64,000 bases of DNA from Octopus bimaculoides (lineage: Eukaryota): positions 19,527,062 through 19,591,061 of the forward strand of contig NC_068984.1 of NCBI RefSeq assembly GCF_001194135.2, given 5' to 3'. Position 1 is the stretch's first letter. The number at the start of each line of letters is the position of its first letter. The notes below the pieces were generated by a model, which saw nothing but the letters and a program-made list of their open reading frames with translations, was not told the DNA's origin and did not search any database. The position numbers and the translations under genes were made by a program. Below, piece by piece: positions 55,619 to 64,000 of the stretch.

Positions 55619-58600
55619 TGTACAAATTCACATACAATCATGTATGCATGTTAGTACACACACATCTGATAGAATGACAGACCACAGGCTCCTAGCAATA
55701 GAAGGAGCATGAAAGACAATCATCCACAATCCTATTTCTGATCAACCGATACCAACATGAAAGAGAAGAGAAGAGAACTCTCTTCCATTTTGGATATAAT
55801 TTATAGTTAACTAAGCAAAAAGTTCTATGGCATTTTCTACTTAGAGCATGTAAAATATACAAACATATTGTTGTTGTACTAAACAGTGTGTTACTTTTAA
55901 TCATAGGACTTCAGAAGTTAATTTTTTATTATTTGAAGGTGATGAAGATGGGATGGATGACAGAGCATTATAGTGTATAGTTTCATCCTCCTACATCCTG
56001 ATATCGAATCAAACCCACATCATTTCTGTTTTTTTTGTTTTTCTGAGGTTCAAAAAGTAACTACTAGTTATGCACTGTGTCACTTTACTCAACATAATAT
56101 CTTTAAAATAAATTTGAAAAAGTTAGCTTTCTGCTAAGTTGCTTTGTGCTTAAAAAAAAAAAGAAGCTACCATTTCTTAATTTGTAAGGTGGCGAGGAAT
56201 AAAGTTAAATATCCACTTAGTAATATTATTGTGTTCAATATTTCTAGCTACAAAGTCTTACTATTTTTCAATTTATAATGGAAAACTCTTTAGATTGTAT
56301 GCTGAGGCAATTATCAAGAGACTTCTAATACAGAGTTATTTTGCTGATTTTGTTCAATCTCTAGGTTTTGAATACAAACAAAATTTAAAGCATAAGTTCT
56401 AAATCAATGAAGAAAGTACTTCAAGAACAAGACAAAGATTTGTTTTCTATTAATAAATCAAATTGATAGAAACTAAAAATGTATAATAATACTTAGACTT
56501 GTAATCTATAAGCTCACAGAATATAAGTTCCAAGTTAATAACTGGTGCATGGATTTAGTTATATGGCAAAGAGGTATAAGAAAATGGCAGAATCGTAAGC
56601 ATGCTGGACAAAATGCATAGTGGCGTTTCATCTGTCTTATGTTCTGAGTTCAAATTCTACTGAGGATGACATTGTCTTTCATCCCTTCAGGGTCAATAAA
56701 TTAAATACCAGTCAAGCATTGGGGTACATATAATCAACTAGCCCCTTCCCAAAATTTTAAGCTTTGTGCCTATAGTAGAAAGGATTGTTATTATTGCTTA
56801 AATTTAGATCAATTCTATTCAAGCTGATCTACAATCAAAAGTATGCCAGCCATCACCATCTGACTATCTTTTTATCAGACTCAATGTATCTAAAGCTATA
56901 TTACTCAATGCATCTTACTTTTTTTTTAAGATGGTAGGAAGTAATATGAGTCAGATTTGGCAGCTATTTCTAACTGGTCTAGTGATTTCACAGAGGCCCT
57001 CTATTTGGCCCATTCAATGAAATACTTTTAGGGAGCTTGAAATTTCTGTGAAATAATAATGTTTTCATTATCAAATAGTAAGAGTGACAAGCTGGTAGAA
57101 TTGTTAGAGCATCAGAAAATATGTTTTTCAGCATTTGTGTGAGCTCTTTGCATTCCGAGTTCAAATCCTGCTGGAGACAACTGCTTTTCATCCCTCCAGG
57201 ATCAATAAGATAAAGTTTCTGTTGGGTACTGGAGTTGATGGTATCAACTAACCCACTTCCTTAAAAATTGCTGGTCTAGTGCCTAAATCAAAACCATTTT
57301 TAATTGGTTAGTTGCAATAAATCAAAATACCTTTATATTATAACTGCTCTGCTATACCAAAATTTCGAACTCCTGTATTGCTAACTGAAGGTTCATTCAA
57401 AGCCTCTATGATCTAACTTTATCATTACTTTAATTTTAGTGAAATACACTGTCTATCTGTTTCAATAAATCTTAAATATGATTAAAAATGATGGACTCTC
57501 TCATTGAAAAAGATGTATGAGCATTCAGCTTTTGCCAAATGACCTGCACAAATGATTTATTTACAGTGATCAAATGTATGTGTTGTACATTAGCACAGTC
57601 CCCCTCAAGTCAACATTGCCTGAACAGGTGCACAGTCTACAAAGCATCAGGTGTTGAAGTGATCTCGGACCAATGTGAGATGAAGTGTTTTGCTCTACAA
57701 CACAATGCACCACCCAGTATAGGAATTGAAACCATGATATTGCAATTGTGAGTGCTACATCCTAACCACTAGGCCATGTGTCCTTTAAGAATATAGAAAG
57801 ACTTAATAAAATAACTTCTTCATCATCAAAGCTGATGCTTTGAATATAACTTGACGAAAATATTTCATTTTTGAATTTGTTATGCAAGATCCTTGAAGTG
57901 AAATTGTATCTTAAAACACATATTGTTGTTCTTTCAGCCAATTAAAACACATGCGTTGATCGTATCTCATGTTGTTTTATTATCAACTAATTAGATAACT
58001 GGTCAATTAATTAATTAATTTAATTTTTATTATCAATTAAATTTTAATTAATTTATTAATTATCTAATTAATTTCACCTTGGGAGTCAATTTCCTAAGAC
58101 ACTCTAGTTCCATCTGTGTTGTGCTGCATGCATACAATCAGCCAGGCTATTGTTTCTAGACCATTCTTTGATGTTATCTGCCCACAAATGTCTTTGATGA
58201 TCTCTTTCTCTCTTCCCCTCAACTCTACCTGTCAAGATGGTCATGAGCAATGACTTGTAGCACACCAGATGTCCAAAATATGATAGCTTTATGGACTTGA
58301 TTCTCAATAAAAGGCTTTTTTGGATTTTCAGCTTTTCTACTACTACAGCATTTGTTACCTTGTCTTTCCAGCTTAATTAAATAAATTTACTAATTAGGTA
58401 GTTTATCAAAAGTAAAACTGAAGTAAAATACAGCCAGTTCATGTGTTTAGACTAATGGCGTAACTTCACCAAAGCACAACACTATTAAACAATATTTCCA
58501 TATAAAATTATGATAGTTTTCCATTAAAATCTGAGATGTAAACAAGAGGGTTTGCAATACAGAACTGGAAACTGTCTCAGGAGGAATAGTATTAAAAAGG

Positions 58601-61101
58601 GTTAATGATTCATTTGCTACAACTTTTACAATGAAAGCTATACTTTGTTGATGAGGTGAAATGTAAGTCCTGAGTTCCCTCCTATTTCTTTTTCTCTCCC
58701 CACCAAAAGGAAAAACACCAAAAAAAAAAAAAAAGAGAGAGAAAGAAAGAAAAACATTATTAGTCAGCAATTAATATTTATGTTATCTCATCTAATATTT
58801 TTTATTGCTTCAGATTTTTAATTTATCATGCATTTAATATGCTGACATGCACTTCCCTACTATTTGATTCTGTGAAGCTTCAGTGGAAAGAATAAATTAG
58901 TCCTAGCCTTTTATCTTTCGGTCTATTGATGTTTAAAAATTGAAATTACATAAGGATGGACAAACCAACTTGTTTCTATGGTAACAAGTGAAAAAAATAA
59001 ATAGATACATAAAATACAAATAACAAAAAAGAACTTTTTGGAATTAATTACAAAACATCCAATTAACTATTTAAAATAGGTTATCTAGAAAATAAGTTAA
59101 ACAATTCAGCCTTTTTAGTAATGAGTTATAGGCTTTATAATATTATTAGAGTATTTGTAAAGACTATTTGATTAAATGATGGATACAAAACAAAGAGAGA
59201 AAGATCAAAGATTGTAATTTGTTAAAATATGATTTGGAATTGGAATGTAACAAATGTTGCAACAAACATATAGAATTAGGGATTCAGAAGTTAGGCACAA
59301 GAATGTTTTCCCAGGCCCCAATCCCAAACCCATGTTGCCCCAAGAGGGTGTTTATCTAATCAAGTCCATAATTTATTGATTATAGACATGTGAATGTTAA
59401 AACAATGTTATTATTTTAAAGCAAAACAAATGAGCATTTATTGATGGTGTGACTGTATTGAGAGTAGAATCAAANNNNNNNNNNNNNNNNNNNNNNNNNN
59501 NNNNNNNNNNNNNNNNNNNNNNNNNNNNNNNNNNNNNNNNNNNNNNNNNNNNNNNNNNNNNNNNNNNNNTTTATTGATTATAGACATGTGAATGTTAAAA
59601 CAATGTTATTATTTTAAAGCAAAACAAATGAGCATTTATTGATGGTGTGACTGTATTGAGAGTAGAATCAAATTTAGTGTGAAGATCAAGTCGATTTTTG
59701 ACTTCAAGTTTTCACTATTGGCTTCTTCAACCAGACAAAACCTGAAGTCCCAGGTGATGTGATCTTCACATTAGGTTATAAAACAATTATTTTCCAAAAG
59801 CAGGAATCTCATTCTATTGGATCAAAATATATTTTTGGGAAACTAAAGTATATATTAATTCATTCTTATTAATGGTTCTCAGCAATAAAAAACTATGATA
59901 TGAAAAAACAAAAAAAAACATTTCCGCAATGAAAATTAACAAATTATAGATAAATAAAAGGAAATTACTTTGTAAGTTTGGAGTTGGAGTTTTTTCTCTT
60001 CCAAGGTTGACATCAATGGTATATTCCCTTCAATCTGTGACTCAACATTCTTTAGCCATTGATCAATTTGGGAATTATGGTCTTCAAAGGAAACCCATTG
60101 TAAGAGAGCTAGTTCTAGTTTACGTTGGCATCCAGAGAGATCCTCAAAAAGGGTTTCCCATTTTTGTTTCCTACTTTGGTTTTGCTGACGTATCACTTCC
60201 CGTCCTTCTGTTCCAGTATTGGGAAGCAGTTTCTCTCCAGCTTCAAGTAAGGCATTCAGTTTTTGCAAACCATCTTCGCGTTCTTGTAGAAGATACTTCA
60301 AAAGAAAGGAATAATTGATTAAATGTAAGCTGAAAAGTCTGAGAGGAAGTCATAATACCTTTCTTCATACTTAATATTGTAATACCAAAACATAAAAAAA
60401 AATTAAATCATCATCATCACCCTCATTTAACATCCGTTTTCCATGCTGGCATGGGTTGTACAGTTTGTCAGGAACTGGCAAGTCAGAAGACTGTACCAAA
60501 CTCTGCTGTCTGTTTTGGCATGGTTTCTACAGCTGGATGTCCTTCCTAATGCTAACTACATTAATTTTTTTTTAATCTTTTAGTCAGGAATGAAGGCAAT
60601 TCCCATGACCCTTTAAAGGGCCACTGAGATTGGTGAGAAGGAGGGAAGATGATATCCTGGAACTGAAAATGAGAGATCCCTTACTTTGCATCAACTAAAT
60701 TCACTCACAAGGCAATGGTTAGCCCAGTGGTATAGAAAAATACCCTTGCCCAAGATGCAATGATGTGAGACTGAACCTGTAATCACATGGTTACAAAGTG
60801 AGCTTCTTAACCACACAACCATACCTGCGCCTATTTATTCAAATCAAAGTTCTTCATTGTACTTTTACAACCTGTTTCTTGATCTCAATGGAAACACATT
60901 TGTTACATTTGAAATAAATAATACTTCAATATTTACTTGAATTTTCTCCAAATTTCTCTCCAGGTCTTCTTTCGAACCACTTGGACCTGCTACAAGGTCA
61001 AGCTTTTGTTGCATTTTCTGCAGCCATTTATCACAAGAGGCTAATTTACTGTCATAATCTTTGTGGTCATTGATATTTTGGTTGCATTTCTTGATGAGAC
61101 T
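1..61101 (-). CDS. SYNE1: Giant spectrin-repeat protein, nesprin-1/Msp300-like; 19 internal exons, gene incomplete at both window ends
   Basis: 19 GT-AG exons splice into one uninterrupted frame of 3672 nt. The translation has repeated nesprin-type spectrin repeats (W..F/Y......F..WL, GD+..I...L.KIQ, EG...L......VLPNT...G...I..E...L...W). No CH or KASH domain lies in the window, so SYNE1/Msp300 orthology is by repeat style only and dystrophin or plakin families are not formally excluded. Confidence 0.75.
1176..1378 (-). mobile_element. RTE-like LINE 3' end (family A), (TGA)n tail
   Basis: Reverse complement of ...ccaacccatgctagcatggaaagcggacgttaaacgacgatgatgatga. Same terminus as 29395-29815 and 44609-45090. 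Confidence 0.8.
2029..2193 (-). CDS. Spectrin-repeat exon, 165 nt, phase 0-0
   Basis: ctctag|[55 protein letters not shown]|gtaacg. Confidence 0.95.
2542..2694 (-). CDS. Spectrin-repeat exon, 153 nt, phase 0-0
   Basis: ttctag|[51 protein letters not shown]|gtacat. Not in the ORF track. Confidence 0.92.
3392..3900 (-). mobile_element. Family A 3' end with a roughly 25-bp tandem array and a nested opposite-strand 48-bp family A tail (3697-3744)
   Basis: The terminal motif is at 3405-3460. ggcacaggtgctttctacatg units continue on both sides of the inserted tail. Confidence 0.7.
4070..4238 (+). mobile_element. Family A LINE 3' end
   Basis: ggcattaggaagagcatccagcc...aaccatgcttagcatggaacatggacatttatatgatgatgatgatg. 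Confidence 0.75.
6446..6772 (-). CDS. Spectrin-repeat exon, 327 nt, phase 0-0
   Basis: tttaag|[25 protein letters not shown]...[21 protein letters not shown]...[10 protein letters not shown]|gtaagg. Confidence 0.95.
6883..6970. repeat. (GA)44 microsatellite
   Basis: Perfect GA run, 88 bp. Confidence 0.95.
7100..7412 (-). repeat. 3' LTR
   Basis: Direct repeat of 10096-10396 ending catctcaaca, next to the polypurine tract. Carries an internal tandem expansion of tatttataatt. Confidence 0.85.
7643..8700 (-). pseudogene. Integrase remnants (H2C2 zinc finger, rve core, C-terminus)
   Basis: [38 protein letters not shown]; [12 protein letters not shown]...[21 protein letters not shown]; [16 protein letters not shown]...KRHLNQLK. 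Split over frames with stops. Confidence 0.9.
9000..9960 (-). pseudogene. gag / zinc-knuckle / retropepsin remnants
   Basis: [30 protein letters not shown] (about 9780-9860); [28 protein letters not shown] (9268-9534 ORF); [14 protein letters not shown] (about 9125-9170); [13 protein letters not shown] (about 9010-9050). Confidence 0.85.
10096..10396 (-). repeat. 5' LTR (301 bp)
   Basis: tgttgtg...catcacaaca. About 21 mismatches over about 180 aligned bp against 7126-7305 by manual count (about 88% identity). Confidence 0.88.
11505..11669 (-). CDS. Spectrin-repeat exon, 165 nt, phase 0-0
   Basis: ttacag|[55 protein letters not shown]|gtattt. Confidence 0.95.
13309..13431. repeat. Inverted repeat, 45-bp arms, 33-nt loop
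   Basis: 39/45 identity between 13309-13353 and the reverse complement of 13387-13431. Confidence 0.9.
13562..13714 (-). CDS. Spectrin-repeat exon, 153 nt, phase 0-0
   Basis: ttttag|[51 protein letters not shown]|gtaaag. Confidence 0.95.
14104..14580 (-). mobile_element. tRNA-derived SINE family C (CORE-like ccttgggcaagtgtcttc body), interrupted by an N gap
   Basis: Minus-strand head taggcgcaggagtggctgtgtggtaag..., internal microsatellite, tail cagcatggccgcagtcaaatgactgaaacaagtaaaag. Other copies lie near 415-800, 6250-6410, 10655-10980, 21640-21805, 30020-30185, 53630-54000 and 60685-61840. Confidence 0.85.
17007..17152 (-). CDS. Spectrin-repeat exon, 146 nt, phase 1-0 (3' half of a split 327-nt exon)
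   Basis: aaacag|AA+[48 protein letters not shown]|gtcatt. The donor is weak, but 181+146 = 327 matches the module. Not in the ORF track. Confidence 0.85.
18553..18733 (-). CDS. Spectrin-repeat exon, 181 nt, phase 0-1 (5' half of a split 327-nt exon)
   Basis: ttctag|[60 protein letters not shown]+G|gttagt. G+AA gives Glu across the intron. Confidence 0.92.
20731..20925. repeat. Minisatellite, 6 copies of a roughly 32-bp unit
   Basis: Unit ttgtccctctatcctaaatgactcaaaaaatg with a few variants per copy. Confidence 0.9.
21321..21615 (+). mobile_element. tRNA-derived SINE family D
   Basis: A-box TGGCTTAGTGG, B-box GAGTTCGATTC, ccttgagcaagac core and gctgaatctccctg.gaact body. Other copies lie near 12790-13085 (-), 23768-24035 (-), 50195-50490 (+) and 63335-63620 (-). 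Confidence 0.85.
22669..22783. repeat. Inverted repeat, 36-bp arms, 43-nt loop
   Basis: 33/36 identity between 22669-22704 and the reverse complement of 22748-22783. Confidence 0.9.
24105..24570 (-). mobile_element. Two head-to-tail family B SINEs
   Basis: Two consecutive copies of ttctactct.ggcacaag...gaatttgaactca...gctcaccgcctt. Confidence 0.8.
26156..26320 (-). CDS. Spectrin-repeat exon, 165 nt, phase 0-0
   Basis: ttttag|[55 protein letters not shown]|gtaatt. Confidence 0.95.
27171..27281. repeat. Near-perfect inverted repeat, 45-bp arms, 21-nt loop
   Basis: 44/45 identity between 27171-27215 and the reverse complement of 27237-27281. Confidence 0.95.
27302..27806. other. Assembly gap; others at 12145-12231, 14229-14317, 31032-31145, 37026-37130, 47465-47949, 55071-55080, 59475-59569 and 61952-61961
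   Basis: N runs, mostly bounded by (TA)n or other microsatellites. Confidence 0.99.
28868..29014 (-). CDS. Spectrin-repeat exon, 147 nt, phase 0-0
   Basis: tgttag|[49 protein letters not shown]|gtaact. Confidence 0.93.
29395..29815 (+). mobile_element. Family A LINE 3' end with a roughly 65-bp hairpin minisatellite
   Basis: 5 GTGCCGGTGGCACGTAAAAAGCACC-type units, then the conserved tail and (GAT)n. Confidence 0.85.
32257..32583 (-). CDS. Spectrin-repeat exon, 327 nt, phase 0-0
   Basis: attcag|[31 protein letters not shown]...[20 protein letters not shown]...[10 protein letters not shown]|gtttgt. The weak donor is placed by the 327-nt module length. Confidence 0.9.
32749..32832. repeat. Compound (TAC)16(TAA)12 microsatellite
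   Basis: Read directly. Confidence 0.9.
32845..33290 (-). mobile_element. Two head-to-tail family B SINEs after a (TAC)n(TAA)n tract
   Basis: Same consensus twice; the triplet tract probably derives from the SINE tail. Confidence 0.8.
33460..33624 (-). CDS. Spectrin-repeat exon, 165 nt, phase 0-0
   Basis: tttcag|[55 protein letters not shown]|gtatga. Confidence 0.95.
34311..34460 (-). CDS. Spectrin-repeat exon, 150 nt, phase 0-0
   Basis: tttcag|[50 protein letters not shown]|gtaaga. Not in the ORF track. Confidence 0.93.
35903..36061 (-). CDS. Spectrin-repeat exon, 159 nt, phase 0-0 (3' half of a split long exon)
   Basis: ttacag|[53 protein letters not shown]|gtaatt. Confidence 0.94.
36769..36845. 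repeat. (TG)n microsatellite (representative of many CA/TA/GA runs in the window)
   Basis: Read directly. Confidence 0.95.
37639..37803 (-). CDS. Spectrin-repeat exon, 165 nt, phase 0-0 (5' half of a split long exon)
   Basis: catcag|[55 protein letters not shown]|gtgaga. Confidence 0.95.
43606..43999 (+). mobile_element. SINE family C, near full length
   Basis: Head tggttgtgtgattaagaggcttg...gggttcagtaccactg, body and ttcaaagcagtgcccagcatggcc...gactgaaacatg tail. Confidence 0.8.
44609..45090 (+). mobile_element. Family A LINE 3' end with a roughly 65-bp hairpin minisatellite
   Basis: Units begin near 44636, 44701, 44767, 44831 and 44898; tail ggacgttaaatgatgatgatg. Confidence 0.85.
46790..46960 (+). 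mobile_element. Decayed RTE-like ORF2 C-terminal fragment
   Basis: [21 protein letters not shown] resembles the RTE C-terminal GRGRPRKTW.E.V..DL motif. Confidence 0.55.
47979..48158. mobile_element. TA-flanked MITE (Tc1/mariner-pogo type), 180 bp
   Basis: TIR ccgtattttaacatgtataaagaaccc vs gggttccttatacacgttaaaatacag (3 mismatches); TA on both sides. Confidence 0.75.
48748..48912 (-). CDS. Spectrin-repeat exon, 165 nt, phase 0-0
   Basis: tcacag|[55 protein letters not shown]|gtaaat. Confidence 0.95.
49670..50110 (+). mobile_element. Family A copy retaining the RTE-like ORF2 C-terminus
   Basis: [20 protein letters not shown] runs into a gtcatgtaaatggcacc array, the conserved tail and a long (GAT)n. 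Confidence 0.75.
54162..54314 (-). CDS. Spectrin-repeat exon, 153 nt, phase 0-0
   Basis: ttgcag|[51 protein letters not shown]|gtaaat. Confidence 0.95.
54722..55029. mobile_element. Tigger/pogo-like MITE, about 305 bp
   Basis: Imperfect TIRs cagagtagagcctgggtttatgaa and ttcataaactgaggttccacgg, followed by TA. Confidence 0.6.
55106..55429. repeat. Foldback inverted repeat, about 150-bp arms, 18-nt loop
   Basis: 55106-55261 aligns to the reverse complement of 55280-55429 with about 35 mismatches and one 6-nt duplication (manual count). Confidence 0.9.
58104..58307 (-). mobile_element. RTE-clade LINE ORF2 C-terminal fragment
   Basis: KLSYFGHL....[31 protein letters not shown] matches the RTE/Bov-B-type end KL.YFGH....LEK.I..G..EG.R.RGRQR.RW.D.I. 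Confidence 0.75.
59969..60295 (-). CDS. Spectrin-repeat exon, 327 nt, phase 0-0
   Basis: ttgaag|[31 protein letters not shown]...[21 protein letters not shown]...[11 protein letters not shown]|gtaatt. Confidence 0.95.
60937..61101 (-). CDS. Spectrin-repeat exon, 165 nt, phase 0-0 (most 5' exon seen)
   Basis: tttcag|[55 protein letters not shown]|gtaaat. Confidence 0.95.
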
Positions 61102-61880
61102 CTGAAAGATAAAGAAAACATGTAAATGAAACAAACATATAAAAAAGCAACAATATAATGTTTTTTTTTTTTTTGGCATCATTTTACGATATGGGGCAAA
61201 GAGAAATAGGAGTAAAAATGGCTTTAGATCATGTTTTTCTTGTCCCAAAATATTTAATATATTTACTCTGGTAGATATATATTTTACCAAGAAGATGTGG
61301 GCACATGTGAGCTCATGGTTAAGAAGTTTGCTTTCCAACCACATGAGTGGTTCAATCCCAATGTGGGACACTTTAAGCAAGTATTTTCCCTTATAGCTCT
61401 GAGCAGATCAGAGCTTTGTGAAAAGATTTGTTAAACAGAAACTGAAAGAAGCCTGTTTACTTATCTTTTATCTGCTACAGTCATTTTACTGCGGCCATGC
61501 TGGGGCACAGACTTGAAGGGTTTACTTTCACAAATAGACCCCAGTCTTTTTTTTTTAAGTCTGGTACTTGTTCTAGCAGTCTCTTTCTGCCAAACTGATA
61601 AGTTACAGGGATGTAAACAAACTAATGCCGGTTGTCAAGTGGTAGTGGTGGATAAACACATTCACAGGTGCATGCACACATGCGCACACACACACACACA
61701 ATGCATATCTACTCTCAAAGCTTTGGGTGACTCAGGGCTATAGCAGAAAACTCTTGTCCAAAGTGCCATACAGAGGGGCTGAACCAAGAACTGTATGATT
61801 CAGAAGCAAATGTCATACCACACAGCCACTCCCGTGCCTATGCTGGGGCACCACCTTTAGTTGAACAAATCAACTCCTGT

Positions 61881-61951
<71 letters not shown>

Positions 61952-61978
61952 NNNNNNNNNNGTGTGTGTGTGTGTGTG

Positions 61979-62037
<59 letters not shown>

Positions 62038-62152
62038 GAGAGAGAGAGAGTGAGTTTTCTTGTCTCGCCATCATGTGCTAGTTGTAAATGAATGTCAGTG
62101 TTGTACAAATAGTGTCAGTCATTTGCAATCTGCCAAGAAATCATGTCCGGCC

Positions 62153-62299
62153 CACTACTGCAGCTAGGTGGGGCAGTAGGGGTGGTACTTTTCATCCAGT
62201 TGTAGGCTATTGGTTTAGGCAATATGTGTTTTTTGTGGGATCCAGGGGCAGCAAACAGAAGGGCCACCCTGGGCGGCGCACAGTCTAGCTATGCCAGTG
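62153..62299. mobile_element. hAT-type MITE, 147 bp, with an 8-bp TSD, nested in an older retroposon
   Basis: TIRs cactactgcagctag and ctagctatgccagtg; flanks gtccggcc (62145-62152) and gtccagcc (62300-62307). Confidence 0.75.
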
Positions 62300-62469
62300 G
62301 TCCAGCCATAGTGCTGTTCATGATCAGAAGACAAGGAGAAATATTGTTACTTGGAAACAGGTGGGAGATGGTGACATAAAGGGTATCTTGTCATAGGAAA
62401 ACCTGACTCAATGAATCTTGTCTGACCCATGCAAGCATGGAAGAGAATAGGGAGACAGAAGAACAATTA

Positions 62470-62706
62470 GGGCGGCGAGCTGGCAGAAATGTTAGCACAC
62501 CGGGCGAAATGCTTAGCAGTATTTCGTCTGTCTTTACGTTCTGAGTTCAAATTCTGCCGAGGTCGACTTAGCCTTTCATCCTTTCAGGGCCGATAAATTA
62601 AGTACCAGTTATGCACTGGGGTCGATGTAATCGACTTAATCCCTTTGTCTGTCCTTGTTTGTCCCCTCTATGTTTGGCCCCTTGTGGGCAATAAATAAAT
62701 AAGAAG
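62470..62706 (+). mobile_element. tRNA-derived SINE family B (young, full-length copy)
   Basis: A-box TGGCAGAAATG, B-box GAGTTCAAATTC, central gcctttcatcctttcagggccgataaattaagtaccag and an (AAAT)n tail. Other copies lie near 1622, 14720, 14925, 22935, 24105, 24345, 32845, 33075, 41745, 47085, 52600, 56570 and 57080. Confidence 0.85.
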
Positions 62707-64000
62707 AATAAAGACCAAAGAAAGAAGAAGAAAGAACAAGAAAGAACAACATCAACAACTACTACTACTACTACTACTACTACTACAGATCCGTAATTCC
62801 TGAAACAATGGAAACAGAAATAGGAACAGTAGAAAAATGTGTTAAACAAATCTTAGAATTCTATTCTAATCAACCGAGCTAAGATTTAAAAACAGCCACA
62901 GGATTTTGTAGTTTCAAGCATCAAGTTAGCCTAATAATTAATGATCTGTAGATTATCTTACAGTTTCACATTTATATTTTATCACTAAACTTTTCGTGTC
63001 AATTGTATGTCACTGAAATAAATGCTAGTAGGGAAAATGGTAAAACTAAAAATACACCACAATTGGTGTGATAACTCTAAATGTCATTACAGATTTCATG
63101 AAAAGATACAGTAAAAGAATTGTGCCAGAACAATGATTTCTTTCTTTTTCTTTCTTTATATGGTTTTGTCCCTAACAAAGTTTGAGGCCATTGTAGTGTA
63201 AGAGACTACAAAGAACAAAAAGAAGAAGCCTACAAATTCCAAAGACGTTGACTGACAGAAAGCTTAAAGGGCTGAATATCAAAGAGCTGAAGAAAACAAG
63301 ATGAAGGTAGTGCATGGTGCACCATCAGTTATGACGACGTGGGTTCCAACTGATCCAGTCAATGGAACAGCCTGCTGATGAAATTAATGTGCATGTGGCT
63401 GAGCACTCTACAGACACATGTGCCCTTAATGTAGTTCTCAGTGAGATTCAGCGTGACACAGAATGGCAAGGCCAGCCTTTTAAATTATGGGTACAACTCA
63501 TTTTTGCCAGTTGAGTGGACTGAAGAAATGTGAAATAAAGTACCTTGCTCAAGGATTCAATGTACTGCTGGGTATTGAACTCATGGCCTTACAATTGTGA
63601 GCTGAATACCCTAACCATGTATCTTCCCAGAAGGTAGTGAGTTCTAGAGAGCAGCAGTATGCAGGTAGAAAATGTTGGAACAAGAAAGACTTACAATGGT
63701 AAAGGAAAAGAAAATGGCCTTCAATGTAAATAGAATGTGGTGGGGGTAGAAAACAAGAAGTGGTAATGTTTATGCCTTTCAAAAAGACAAAGAATAAACT
63801 TGATGAATTAAGCAGTGTGCCATCAACTGTCTATGCCAAACATTGTTAGATTTTAAATGATTTGTCAACAATTATGGTTGAGTGGTTATAAGAAGTTCAC
63901 ACTGCAACCACCCAAATAGTTTTGTGTTCAATCTCCTTGTGTGTCTTCAACTATTGTTCTTGATCAATATCTTATGAGAGGATACTGAGCAGATAGAAAG

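Noticed and set aside
60865-61380. 171-aa ORF as a standalone gene (and similar ORF-track extensions at other exons)
   Set aside because: Only 60937-61101 is bounded by splice sites and spectrin-like; the rest is intron and SINE read-through.

Overview
AT-rich, microsatellite- and retroposon-rich animal genomic DNA with nine N gaps. The repeat families look like those of Octopus (inference from memory, not checked). The whole window lies inside one minus-strand gene. I can splice 19 GT-AG exons (3,672 nt, about 1,224 aa, no stops) into a continuous run of about 11 nesprin-1/Msp300-type spectrin repeats, and the gene continues past both window ends. The exons follow a strict three-exon module (165 / about 327 / about 150 nt, about 215 aa, two spectrin repeats) repeated 5.5 times. 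In two modules the long exon is split by an extra intron, at a different position in each. The introns hold an old Ty3/Gypsy LTR element lacking RT-RNaseH, many 5'-truncated RTE-like LINE 3' ends carrying hairpin minisatellites, three tRNA-derived SINE families, TA-flanked and hAT MITEs, and several unrelated inverted repeats. One of these (13309-13431) has substitutions that are almost all G-U wobbles in the pre-mRNA. There is no prokaryotic content, no CRISPR array, and no rRNA or true tRNA gene. I found no wholly new system. The best leads are the modular exon architecture with apparent intron gains and the intronic dsRNA structures.
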